Of a stretch of 64,000 nucleotides of DNA, positions 52,001-64,000 are shown piece by piece. Position numbers and translations under genes: made by a program. How positions within the stretch are numbered: position 1 is the first letter of the stretch; each line of letters begins with the position of its first letter. The notes below the pieces were generated by a model. That model was not told the DNA's origin. It saw nothing but the letters and a program-made list of their open reading frames with translations, and made no database searches. This stretch comes from the human T2T-CHM13v2.0 reference genome, Homo sapiens. Location: assembly GCF_009914755.1 (NCBI RefSeq), contig NC_060928.1, one strand, 5' to 3'.

Positions 52001-55000
52001 GCATTGTCAGAAACTGCTTTGTGATGTTTGCATTCAAGTCACAGAGTTAAATATTCTTTTACAGAGCAGGTTTGAAACACTCTTTCTGCACTCCCTGGAA
52101 GTGGAGATTTCGAGCGCTTTGAGGCCTATGGTGAAAAAGGAAATATCTTCCCGTAAAAACTAGACGGAAGCCTTCTCAGAAACTTGTTTGAGATGTGTGT
52201 ATTCAACTAAGAGCGTTGAACATTTCTTTCTACAAAGCAGTTTTAAAACACTCTTTTTGTGGAATCTGAAAGTGGATAATTGGATAGCTTTGTGGATTTC
52301 GTTGGAAACGGGATTACGTATAAAATCTAGAGAGAAGCATTCTCAGAAACTTCTTTCTGATGTTTGCATTCAAGTCACAGAATTGAACATTCCTTTTCAT
52401 AGTGCAGGTTTGAAACACTCTTTCTGTACTATCTGGAAGTGGACATTTCAAGCGCTTTCAGGCCTATGGGGAGAAAGGAAATATCTTCAAATTAAAAACT
52501 AGACAGAAGGATTCTCAGAAACTTATTGGTGATGTGTGTCCTAAACGAACACAGTTGAACCTTTGTTTTGATACAGCATTTTGGAAACACTCCCTTTGTA
52601 GAATCTGCAGGTGGATATTTGGATAGATTTTAAGATTTCGTTGGAAACGGGAATTTCTTCATATAAACTCAAGACAGATGCATTCTCAGAAACTTCTCTG
52701 TGATGTTTGCATTCCACTCATAGAGTTGAAAACTTCCTTTCATAGAGCAGGTTTGAAACACTCTTTTTGTAATATTTGGAAGTGGACATTTGCAGCGCTT
52801 TGAGGCCTATGGTGAAAAAGGAAATATCTTCTCATAAAAACCAGAAACAAGCATTCTCAGAAACTTCTTTTTGATGTGTGTACTCAAGTAACAGAGTTGA
52901 ACCTTCCTTTTGGCACAGCAGTTTTGAAACAATCTTTTTGTAGAATCTGCAAGTGGATATTTGGATAGCTTTGAGGATTTCGTTGGAAACGGGATATCTT
53001 CATATAAAATCTAGACAGAAGCATTCTCAGAAACTTCTTTGTGCCGTATGTCCTCAATTAACAGAGTTGAACCATTGCTTGGATACAGCATTTTGGAAAC
53101 ATTCCTTTAGTAGAATCTGCAAGTTGATATTTAGATAGATTTGAAGATTTCGTTGGAAACGGGAATATCTTCATATAAAATCTAGACGGAGGCATTCTCA
53201 GAAACTGCTTTGTGATGTTTGCATTCAAGTCACAGAGTTGAATATTCTCTTTTATAGAGCACGTTTGAAACACTCGTTCTGCACTATCTGGAAGTGGACA
53301 TTTCGAGCGCTTTGAGGCCTATGGTGAAAAAGGAAATATCTTCCCATAAAAACTAGACAGAAGCATTCTCAGAAACTTGTTTGTGATGTGTGTATTCAAC
53401 TAACAGACTTGAACTTTTGTTTTTACAGAGCAGTTTTAAGACAATCTTTTTGTGGAATCAGAAAGTGGATATTCGGATGGCTTTGAGGACTTCGTTGGAA
53501 GCGGGATTACATATAAAATCTAGAGAGAAGCATTCTCAGGAACTACTTTGTGATGTTTGCATTGAAGTCACAGAATTGAACATTCACTTTGATAGAGCAG
53601 GTTTGAAACACTCATTCTGTAGTATCTGGAAGCGGACAATTCAAGCGCTTTCAGGCCTATGGGGAGAAAGGAAATATCTTCAAATAAAAACTAGAGAGAA
53701 GCATCCTCAGAAACTTATTTGTGATGTGTGTTCTCAACTAACAGAGTTGAAACTTTGTTTTGATACAGCATTTTGGAAACACTCTTTTTGTAGAATCTGC
53801 AGGTGGATATTTGGATAGCTTAGAGGGATTCGTTGGAAAGGGGATATCTTCATATAAAATCTAGACAGAAGCATTCTCAGAAACTTATTTGTGATGTGTG
53901 TCCTCAACTAACAGAGTGGAACCTTGGTTTTGATACAGCATTTTGGAAACACTCCTTTTGTAGAATCTGCAGGTGGATATGTGGATAGCTTTGAAGATTT
54001 CGTTGGAAACGGGAATTTCTTCATATAAAATCAAACAGAAGCATTCTCAGAAACTTCTCTGTGATGTTTGCATTCAGCTCATGGAGTTGAACACTTCCTT
54101 TCATAGAGCAGGTTTGAAACACTCTTTCTGCACTACCAGGAAGTGGACATTTCGAGCGCTTTGAGGCCTATGGTGAAAAAGGAAATATCTTCTCATAAAA
54201 ACCAGAAAGAAGCGTTCTCAGAAACTTCTTTGTGTTGTGTGTACTCATGTAACAGTGTTGAAGCATCCTTTTGACAGAGCAGTTTTGAAACACTCTTTTT
54301 GTAGAATCTGCAAGTGGATATTTGGATAGCTTTGAGGATTTCGTTGGAAACGGGTTATCTTCATATTAAATCTAGACAGAAGCATTCTCAGAAACTTCTT
54401 TGTGCTGTATGTCCTCAATTCACAGAGTTGAACCTTTGTTTGGATACAGCATTTTGGAAACATTCCTTTAGTAGAATCTGCAAGTTGATACTTAGATAGC
54501 TTTGAAGATTTCGTTGGAAACGGGAATATCTTCATAAAAAATCTAGACGGAAGCATTGTCAGAAACTGCTTTGTGATGTTTGCATTCAAGTCACAGAGTT
54601 AAATATTCTTTTACAGAGCAGGTTTGAAACACTCTTTCTGCACTCCCTGGAAGTGGAGATTTCGAGCGCTTTGAGGCCTATGGTGAAAAAGGAAATATCT
54701 TCCCATAAAAACTAGACGGAAGCCTTCTCAGAAACTTGTTTGAGATGTGTGTATTCAACTAAGAGCGTTGAACATTTCTTTCTACAGAGAAGTTTTAAAA
54801 CACTCTTTTTGTGGAATCTGAAAGTGGATAATTGGATAGCTTTGTGGATTTCGTTGGAAACGGGATTACGTATAAAATCTAGAGAGAAGCATTCTCAGAA
54901 ACTTCTTTCTGATGTTTGCATTCAAGTCACAGAATTGAACATTCCTTTTCATAGTGCAGGTTTGAAACACTCTTTCTGTACTATCTGGAAGTGGACATTT

Positions 55001-57600
55001 CAAGCACTTTCAGGCCTATGGGGAGAAAGGAAATATCTTCAAATTAAAAACTAGACAGAAGGATTCTCAGAAACTTATTGGTGATGTGTGTCCTAAACGA
55101 ACACAGTTGAACCTTTGTTTTGATACAGCATTTTGGAAACACTCCCTTTGTAGAATCTGCAGGCGGATATTTGGATAGATTTTAAGATTTCGTTGGAAAC
55201 GGGAATTTCTTCATATAAACTCAAGACAGATGCATTCTCAGAAACTTCTCTGTGATGTTTGCATTCCACTCATAGAGTTGAAAACTTCCTTTCATAGAGC
55301 AGGTTTGAAACACTCTTTTTGTAATATTTGGAAGTGGACATTTGCAGCGCTTTGAGGCCTATGGTGAAAAAGGAAATATCTTCTCATAAAAACCAGAAAC
55401 AAGCATTCTCAGAAACTTCTTTTTGATGTGTGTACTCAAGTAACAGAGTTGAACCTTCCTTTTGGCACAGCAGTTTTGAAACAATCTTTTTGTAGAATCT
55501 GCAAGTGGATATTTGGATAGCTTTGAGGATTTCGTTGGAAACGGGATATCTTCATATAAAATCTAGACAGAAGCATTCTCAGAAACTTCTTTGTGCCGTA
55601 TGTCCTCAATTAACAGAGTTGAACCATTGCTTGGATACAGCATTTTGGAAACATTCCTTTAGTAGAATCTGCAAGTTGATATTTAGATAGATTTGAAGAT
55701 TTCGTTGGAAACGGGAATATCTTCATATAAAATCTAGACGGAGGCATTCTCAGAAACTGCTTTGTGATGTTTGCATTCAAGTCACAGAGTTGAATATTCT
55801 CTTTTATAGAGCACGTTTGAAACACTCGTTCTGCACTATCTGGAAGTGGACATTTCGAGCGCTTTGAGGCCTATGGTGAAAAAGGAAATATCTTCCCATA
55901 AAAACTAGACAGAAGCATTCTCAGAAACTTGTTTGTGATGTGTGTATTCAACTAACAGACTTGAACTTTTGTTTTTACAGAGCAGTTTTAAGACAATCTT
56001 TTTGTGGAATCAGAAAGTGGATATTCGGATGGCTTTGAGGACTTCGTTGGAAGCGGGATTACATATAAAATCTAGAGAGAAGCATTCTCAGGAACTACTT
56101 TGTGATGTTTGCATTGAAGTCACAGAATTGAACATTCACTTTGATAGAGCAGGTTTGAAACACTCATTCTGTAGTATCTGGAAGCGGACAATTCAAGCGC
56201 TTTCAGGCCTATGGGGAGAAAGGAAATATCTTCAAATAAAAACTAGAGAGAAGCATCCTCAGAAACTTATTTGTGATGTGTGTTCTCAACTAACAGAGTT
56301 GAAACTTTGTTTTGATACAGCATTTTGGAAACACTCTTTTTGTAGAATCTGCAGGTGGATATTTGGATAGCTTAGAGGGATTCGTTGGAAAGGGGATATC
56401 TTCATATAAAATCTAGACAGAAGCATTCTCAGAAACTTATTTGTGATGTGTGTCCTCAACTAACAGAGTGGAACCTTGGTTTTGATACAGCATTTTGGAA
56501 ACACTCCTTTTGTAGAATCTGCAGGTGGATATGTGGATAGCTTTGAAGATTTCGTTGGAAACGGGAATTTCTTCATATAAAATCAAACAGAAGCATTCTC
56601 AGAAACTTCTCTGTGATGTTTGCATTCAGCTCATGGAGTTGAACACTTCCTTTCATAGAGCAGGTTTGAAACACTCTTTCTGCACTACCAGGAAGTGGAC
56701 ATTTCGAGCGCTTTGAGGCCTATGGTGAAAAAGGAAATATCTTCTCATAAAAACCAGAAAGAAGCGTTCTCAGAAACTTCTTTGTGTTGTGTGTACTCAT
56801 GTAACAGTGTTGAAGCATCCTTTTGACAGAGCAGTTTTGAAACACTCTTTTTGTAGAATCTGCAAGTGGATATTTGGATAGCTTTGAGGATTTCGTTGGA
56901 AACGGGTTATCTTCATATTAAATCTAGACAGAAGCATTCTCAGAAACTTCTTTGTGCTGTATGTCCTCAATTCACAGAGTTGAACCTTTGTTTGGATACA
57001 GCATTTTGGAAACATTCCTTTAGTAGAATCTGCAAGTTGATACTTAGATAGCTTTGAAGATTTCGTTGGAAACGGGAATATCTTCATAAAAAATCTAGAC
57101 GGAAGCATTGTCAGAAACTGCTTTGTGATGTTTGCATTCAAGTCACAGAGTTAAATATTCTTTTACAGAGCAGGTTTGAAACACTCTTTCTGCACTCCCT
57201 GGAAGTGGAGATTTCGAGCACTTTGAGGCCTATGGTGAAAAAGGAAATATCTTCCCATAAAAACTAGACGGAAGCCTTCTCAGAAACTTGTTTGAGATGT
57301 GTGTATTCAACTAAGAGCGTTGAACATTTCTTTCTACAGAGCAGTTTTAAAACACTCTTTTTGTGGAATCTGAAAGTGGATAATTGGATAGCTTTGTGGA
57401 TTTCGTTGGAAACGGGATTACGTATAAAATCTAGAGAGAAGCATTCTCAGAAACTTCTTTCTGATGTTTGCATTCAAGTCACAGAATTGAACATTCCTTT
57501 TCATAGTGCAGGTTTGAAACACTCTTTCTGTACTATCTGGAAGTGGACATTTCAAGCACTTTCAGGCCTATGGGGAGAAAGGAAATATCTTCAAATTAAA
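46050..57600 (+). repeat. HOR haplotype block D (about 4.5-5 near-identical 2552-bp copies)
   Basis: An extra T (CAAATTAAAAA) occurs at ~47389, 49941, 52493, 55045 and 57597. Other markers are GTGTTCTC, GATACTTAG, TTTCTACA, TTTGGCAC, GCCGTATG and CTCGTTCTG. Confidence 0.9.
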
Positions 57601-57779
57601 AACTAGACAGAAGGATTCTCAGAAACTTATTGGTGATGTGTGTCCTAAACGAACACAGTTGAACCTTTGTTTTGATACAGCATTTTGGAAACACTCCCTT
57701 TGTAGAATCTGCAGGTGGATATTTGGATAGATTTTAAGATTTCGTTGGAAACGGGAATTTCTTCATATAAACTCAAGAC

Positions 57780-60700
57780 AGATGCAATCTCAGAAACTTC
57801 TCTGTGATGTTTGCATTCCACTCATAGAGTTGAAAACTTCCTTTCATAGAGCAGGTTTGAAACACTCTTTTTGTAATATTTGGAAGTGGACATTTGCAGC
57901 GCTTTGAGGCCTAAGGTGAAAAAGGAAATATCTTCTCATAAAAACCAGAAACAAGCATTCTCAGAAACTTCTTTTTGATGTGTGTACTCAAGTAACAGAG
58001 TTGAACCTTCCTTTTGACACAGCAGTTTTGAAACAATCTTTTTGTATAATCTGCAAGTGGATACTTGGATAGCTTTGAGGATTTCGTTGGAAACGGGATA
58101 TCTTCATATAAAATCTAGACAGAAGCATTCTCAGAAACTTCTTTGTGCTGTGTGTCCTCAATTAACAGAGTTGAACCATTGCTTGCATACAGCATTTTGG
58201 AAACATTCCTTTAGTAGAATCTGCAAGTTGATATTTAGATAGATTTGAAGATTTCGTTGGAAACGGGAATATCTTCATATAAAATCTAGACGGAGGCATT
58301 CTCAGAAACTGCTTTGTGATGTTTCCATTCAAGTCACAGAGTTGAATATTGTCTTTTATAGAGCACGTTTGAAACACACTTTCTGCACTATCTGGAAGTG
58401 GACATTTCGAGCGCTGTGAGGCCTATGGTGAAAAAGGAAATATCTTCCCATAAAAACTAGACAGAAGCATTCTCAGAAACTTGTTTATGATGTGTGTATT
58501 CAACTAACAGACTTGAACTTTTGTTTTTACAGAGCAGTTTTAAGACAATCTTTTTGTGGAATCAGAAAGTGGATATTCGGATGGCTTTGAGGACTTCGTT
58601 GGAAGCGGGATTACATATAAAATCTAGAGAGAAGCATTCTCAGGAACTACTTTGTGATGTTTGCATTGAAGTCACAGAATTGAACATTCACTTTGATAGA
58701 ACAGGTTTGAAACACTCATTCTGTAGTATCTGGAAGCGGACAATTCAAGCGCTTTCAGGCCTATGGGGAGAAAGGAAATATCTTCAAATAAAAACTAGAG
58801 AGAAGCATCCTCAGAAACTTATTTGTGATGTGTGTCCTCAACTAACAGAGTTGAAACTTTGTTTTGATACAGCATTTTGGAAACACTCTTTTTGTAGAAT
58901 CTGCAGGTGGATATTTGGATAGCTTAGAGGCATTCGTTGGAAAGGGGATATCTTCATATAAAATCTAGACAGAAGCATTCTCAGAAACTTATTTGTGATG
59001 TGTGTCCTCAACTAACAGAGTTGAACCTTGGTTTTGATACAGCATTTTGGAAACACTCCTTTTGTAGAATCTGCAGGTGGATATGTGGATAGCTTTGAAG
59101 ATTTCGTTGGAAACGGGAATTTCTTCATATAAAATCAAACAGAAGCATTCTCAGAAACTTCTCTGTGATGTTTGCATTCAGCTCATGGAGTTGAACACTT
59201 CCTTTCATAGAGCAGGTTTGAAACACTCTTTCTGCACTACCAGGAAGTGGACATTTCGAGCGCTTTGAGGCCTATGGTGAAAAAGGAAATATCTTCTCAT
59301 AAAAACCAGAAAGAAGCGTTCTCAGAAACTTCTTTGTGTTGTGTGTACTCATGTAACAGTGTTGAAGCATCCTTTTGACAGAGCAGTTTTGAAACACTCT
59401 TTTTGTAGAATCTGCAAGTGGATATTTGGATAGCTTTGAGGATTTCGTTGGAAACGGGTTATCTTCATATTAAATCTAGACAGAAGCATTCTCAGAAACT
59501 TCTTTGTGCTGTATGTCCTCAATTCACAGAGTTGAACCTTTGTTTGGATACAGCATTTTGGAAACATTCCTTTAGTAGAATCTGCAAGTTGATATTTAGA
59601 TAGCTTTGAAGATTTCGTTGGAAACGGGAATATCTTCATAAAAAATCTAGACGGAAGCATTGTCAGAAACTGCTTTGTGATGTTTGCATTCAAGTCACAG
59701 AGTTAAATATTCTTTTACAGAGCAGGTTTGAAACACTCTTTCTGCACTCCCTGGAAGTGGAGATTTCGAGCGCTTTGAGGCCTATGGTGAAAAAGGAAAT
59801 ATCTTCCCATAAAAACTAGACGGAAGCCTTCTCAGAAACTTGTTTGAGATGTGTGTATTCAACTAAGAGAGTTGAACATTTCTTTTTACAGAGCAGTTTT
59901 AAAACACTCTTTTTGTGGAATCTGAAAGTGGATAATTGGATAGCTTTGTGGATTTCGTTGGAAACGGGATGACGTATAAAATCTAGAGAGAAGCATTCTC
60001 AGAAACTTCTTTCTGATGTTTGCATTCAAGTCACAGAATTGAACATTCCTTTTCATAGTGCAGGTTTGAAACACTCTTTCTGTACTATCTGGAAGTGGAC
60101 ATTTCAAGCGCTTTCAGGCCTATGGGGAGAAAGGAAATATCTTGAAATAAAAACTAGACAGAAGGATTCTCAGAAACTTATTGGTGATGTGTGTCCTAAA
60201 CGAACACATTTGAACCTTTGTTTTGATACAGCATTTTGGAAACACTCCCTTTGTAGAATCTGCAGGTGGATATTTGGATAGATTTTAAGATTTCGTTGGA
60301 AACGGGAATTTCTTCATATAAACTCAAGACAGATGCAATCTCAGAAACTTCTCTGTGATGTTTGCATTCCACTCATAGAGTTGAAAACTTCCTTTCATAG
60401 AGCAGGTTTGAAACACTCTTTTTGTAATATTTGGAAGTGGACATTGGCAGCGCTTTGAGGCCTAAGGTGAAAAAGGAAATATCTTCTCATAAAAACCAGA
60501 AACAAGCATTCTCAGAAACTTCTTTTTGATGTGTGTACTCAAGTAACAGAGTTGAACCTTCCTTTTGACACAGCAGTTTTGAAACAATCTTTTTGTATAA
60601 TCTGCAAGTGGATACTTGGATAGCTTTGAGGATTTCGTTGGAAACGGGATATCTTCATATAAAATCTAGACAGAAGCATTCTCAGAAACTTCTTTGTGCT

Positions 60701-63700
60701 GTATGTCCTCAATTAACAGAGTTGAACCATTGCTTGCATACAGCATTTTGGAAACCTTCCTTTAGTAGAATCTGCAAGTTGATATTTAGATAGATTTGAA
60801 GATTTCGTTGGAAACGGGAATATCTTCATATAAAATCTAGACGGAGGCATTCTCAGAAACTGCTTTGTGATGTTTCCATTCAAGTCACAGAGTTGAATAT
60901 TCTCTTTTATAGAGCACGTTTGAAACACACTTTCTGCACTATCTGGAAGTGGACATTTCGAGCGCTGTGAGGCCTATGGTGAAAAAGGAAATATCTTCCC
61001 ATAAAAACTAGACAGAAGCATTCTCAGAAACTTGTTTATGATGTGTGTATTCAACTAACAGACTTGAACTTTTGTTTTTACAGAGCAGTTTTAAGACAAT
61101 CTTTTTGTGGAATCAGAAAGTGGATATTCGGATGGCTTTGAGGACTTCGTTGGAAGCGGGATTACATATAAAATCTAGAGAGAAGCATTCTCAGGAAGTA
61201 CTTTGTGATGTTTGCATTGAAGTCACAGAATTGAACATTCACTTTGATAGAACAGGTTTGAAACACTCATTCTGTAGTATCTGGAAGCGGACAATTCAAG
61301 CGCTTTCAGGCCTATGGGGAGAAAGGAAATATCTTCAAATAAAAACTAGACAGAAGCATCCTCAGAAACTTATTTGTGATGTGTGTCCTCAACTAACAGA
61401 GTTGAAACTTTGTTTTGATACAGCATTTTGGAAACACTCTTTTTGTAGAATCTGCAGGTGGATATTTGGATAGCTTAGAGGCATTCGTTGGAAAGGGGAT
61501 ATCTTCATATAAAATCTAGACAGAAGCATTCTCAGAAACTTATTTGTGATGTGTGTCCTCAACTAACAGAGTTGAACCTTGGTTTTGATACAGCATTTTG
61601 GAAACACTCCTTTTGTAGAATCTGCAGGTGGATATGTGGATAGCTTTGAAGATTTCGTTGGAAACGGGAATTTCTTCATATAAAATCAAACAGAAGCATT
61701 CTCAGAAACTTCTCTGTGATGTTTGCATTCAGCTCATGGAGTTGAACACTTCCTTTCATAGAGCAGGTTTGAAACACTCTTTCTGCACTACCAGGAAGTG
61801 GACATTTCGAGCGCTTTGAGGCCTATGGTGAAAAAGGAAATATCTTCTCATAAAAACCAGAAAGAAGCGTTCTCAGAAACTTCTTTGTGTTGTGTGTACT
61901 CATGTAACAGTGTTGAAGCATCCTTTTGACAGAGCAGTTTTGAAACACTCTTTTTGTAGAATCTGCAAGTGGATATTTGGATAGGTTTGAGGATTTCGTT
62001 GGAAACGGGTTATCTTCATATTAAATCTAGACAGAAGCATTCTCAGAAACTTCTTTGTGCTGTATGTCCTCAATTCACAGAGTTGAACCTTTGTTTGGAT
62101 ATAGCATTTGGGAAACATTCCTTTAGTAGAATCTGCAAGTTGATATTTAGATAGCTTTGAAGATTTCGTTGGAAACGGGAATATCTTCATAAAAAATCTA
62201 GACGGAAGCATTGTCAGAAACTGCTTTGTGATGTTTGCATTCAAGTCACAGAGTTAAATATTCTTTTACAGAGCAGGTTTGAAACACTCTTTCTGCACTC
62301 CCTGGAAGTGGAGATTTCGAGCGCTTTGAGGCCTATGGTGAAAAAGGAAATATCTTCCCATAAAAACTAGACGGAAGCCTTCTCAGAAACTTGTTTGAGA
62401 TGTGTGTATTCAACTAAGAGAGTTGAACATTTCTTTTTACAGAGCAGTTTTAAAACACTCTTTTTGTGGAATCTGAAAGTGGATAATTGGATAGCTTTGT
62501 GGATTTCGTTGGAAACGGGATGACGTATAAAATCTAGAGAGAAGCATTCTCAGAAACTTCTTTCTGATGTTTGCATTCAAGTCACAGAATTGAACATTCC
62601 TTTTCATAGTGCAGGTTTGAAACACTCTTTCTGTACTATCTGGAAGTGGACATTTCAAGCGCTTTCAGGCCTATGGGGAGAAAGGAAATATCTTGAAATA
62701 AAAACTAGACAGAAGGATTCTCAGAAACTTATTGGTGATGTGTGTCCTAAACGAACACATTTGAACCTTTGTTTTGATACAGCATTTTGGAAACACTCCC
62801 TTTGTAGAATCTGCAGGTGGATATTTGGATAGATTTTAAGATTTCGTTGGAAACGGGAATTTCTTCATATAAACTCAAGACAGATGCAATCTCAGAAACT
62901 TCTCTGTGATGTTTGCATTCCACTCATAGAGTTGAAAACTTCCTTTCATAGAGCAGGTTTGAAACACTCTTTTTGTAATATTTGGAAGTGGACATTGGCA
63001 GCGCTTTGAGGCCTAAGGTGAAAAAGGAAATATCTTCTCATAAAAACCAGAAACAAGCATTCTCAGAAACTTCTTTTTGATGTGTGTACTCAAGTAACAG
63101 AGTTGAACCTTCCTTTTGACACAGCAGTTTTGAAACAATCTTTTTGTATAATCTGCAAGTGGATACTTGGATAGCTTTGAGGATTTCGTTGGAAACGGGA
63201 TATCTTCATATAAAATCTAGACAGAAGCATTCTCAGAAACTTCTTTGTGCTGTATGTCCTCAATTAACAGAGTTGAACCATTGCTTGCATACAGCATTTT
63301 GGAAACCTTCCTTTAGTAGAATCTGCAAGTTGATATTTAGATAGATTTGAAGATTTCGTTGGAAACGGGAATATCTTCATATAAAATCTAGACGGAGGCA
63401 TTCTCAGAAACTGCTTTGTGATGTTTCCATTCAAGTCACAGAGTTGAATATTCTCTTTTATAGAGCACGTTTGAAACACACTTTCTGCACTATCTGGAAG
63501 TGGACATTTCGAGCGCTGTGAGGCCTATGGTGAAAAAGGAAATATCTTCCCATAAAAACTAGACAGAAGCATTCTCAGAAACTTGTTTATGATGTGTGTA
63601 TTCAACTAACAGACTTGAACTTTTGTTTTTACAGAGCAGTTTTAAGACAATCTTTTTGTGGAATCAGAAAGTGGATATTCGGATGGCTTTGAGGACTTCG

Positions 63701-64000
63701 TTGGAAGCGGGATTACATATAAAATCTAGAGAGAAGCATTCTCAGGAAGTACTTTGTGATGTTTGCATTGAAGTCACAGAATTGAACATTCACTTTGATA
63801 GAACAGGTTTGAGACACTCATTCTGTAGTATCTGGAAGCGGACAATTCAAGCGCTTTCAGGTCTATGGGGAGAAAGGAAATATCTTCAAATAAAAACTAG
63901 AGAGAAGCATCCTCAGAAACTTATTTGTGATGTGTGTCCTCAACTAACAGAGTTGAAACTTTGTTTTGATACAGCATTTTGGAAACACTCTTTTTGTAGA
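57780..64000 (+). repeat. HOR haplotype block E (about 2.5 copies, runs off the window)
   Basis: Markers are CCTAAGGTG (~57914, 60465, 63016), TGTATAATC, GATACTTGG, CTTGCATAC, ATAGAACAGG and GAGGCATTCG. Confidence 0.88.

Larger units (their letters stand above)
1..64000 (+). repeat. Centromeric alpha-satellite HOR array, 15-mer (2551 bp), ~25.1 tandem copies, SF2-type
   Basis: ~171-bp monomers start with CATTCTCAGAAAC-like motifs and carry either a CENP-B box (TTCGTTGGAAACGGG) or an A-type box (CTATGGTGAAAAAGGAA). Identical marker ORFs recur at 401, 2952, 5503 ... 38666 (step 2551), 41216, 43766 (2550), 46317 (2551), 48869-59077 (2552) and 61628 (2551). SF2-like motifs include GTGTGTCCTCAACTAACAGAG, TTCAAGTCACAGAG, CTGGAAGTGGACATTT and GGGATTACATATAAAA. 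Confidence 0.98.

Noticed and set aside
31-63479. All ORFs in the track (61-145 aa, e.g. MYSTNRLELL..., MNANITKQF...)
   Set aside because: They are chance open frames in satellite DNA that recur with the HOR period, mostly begin at GTG/TTG, and are freely broken by SNVs and indels between copies. They show no recognisable domain.
1-64000. CRISPR-like regularly spaced short repeats (CATTCTCAGAAAC, TTCGTTGGAAACGGG)
   Set aside because: The intervening sequences are homologous monomer bodies rather than unique spacers, and there are no cas genes.
1-64000. L1/Alu insertion, inversion or monomer-number structural variant
   Set aside because: Marker spacing stays at 2550-2552 bp throughout on one strand, leaving no room for such events.

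Overview
The whole 64-kb window is one uninterrupted, head-to-tail primate (human-type) centromeric alpha-satellite higher-order repeat (HOR) array. It holds about 25.1 copies of a 15-monomer HOR of 2551 bp; two copies are 2550 bp and five are 2552 bp. Monomer signatures indicate suprachromosomal family 2 (SF2). I cannot fix the chromosome without a search: a chr20 D20Z2-related array (recalled sequence resemblance) and chr15 D15Z3 (15-mer length) are the main candidates. I saw no genes, transposon insertions, inversions or monomer-number variants, and all ORFs are translations of the satellite. I found no new protein-coding system. The interesting content is structural. The HOR is an 8+7 duplication of an ancestral 7-mer. 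The array is layered into successive HOR haplotype blocks, and it contains a 5102-bp two-HOR duplication. A ~28.6-kb expanded haplotype has lost two extra CENP-B boxes through CpG mutations. Variant positions were read by eye and may be off by 1-2 bp.
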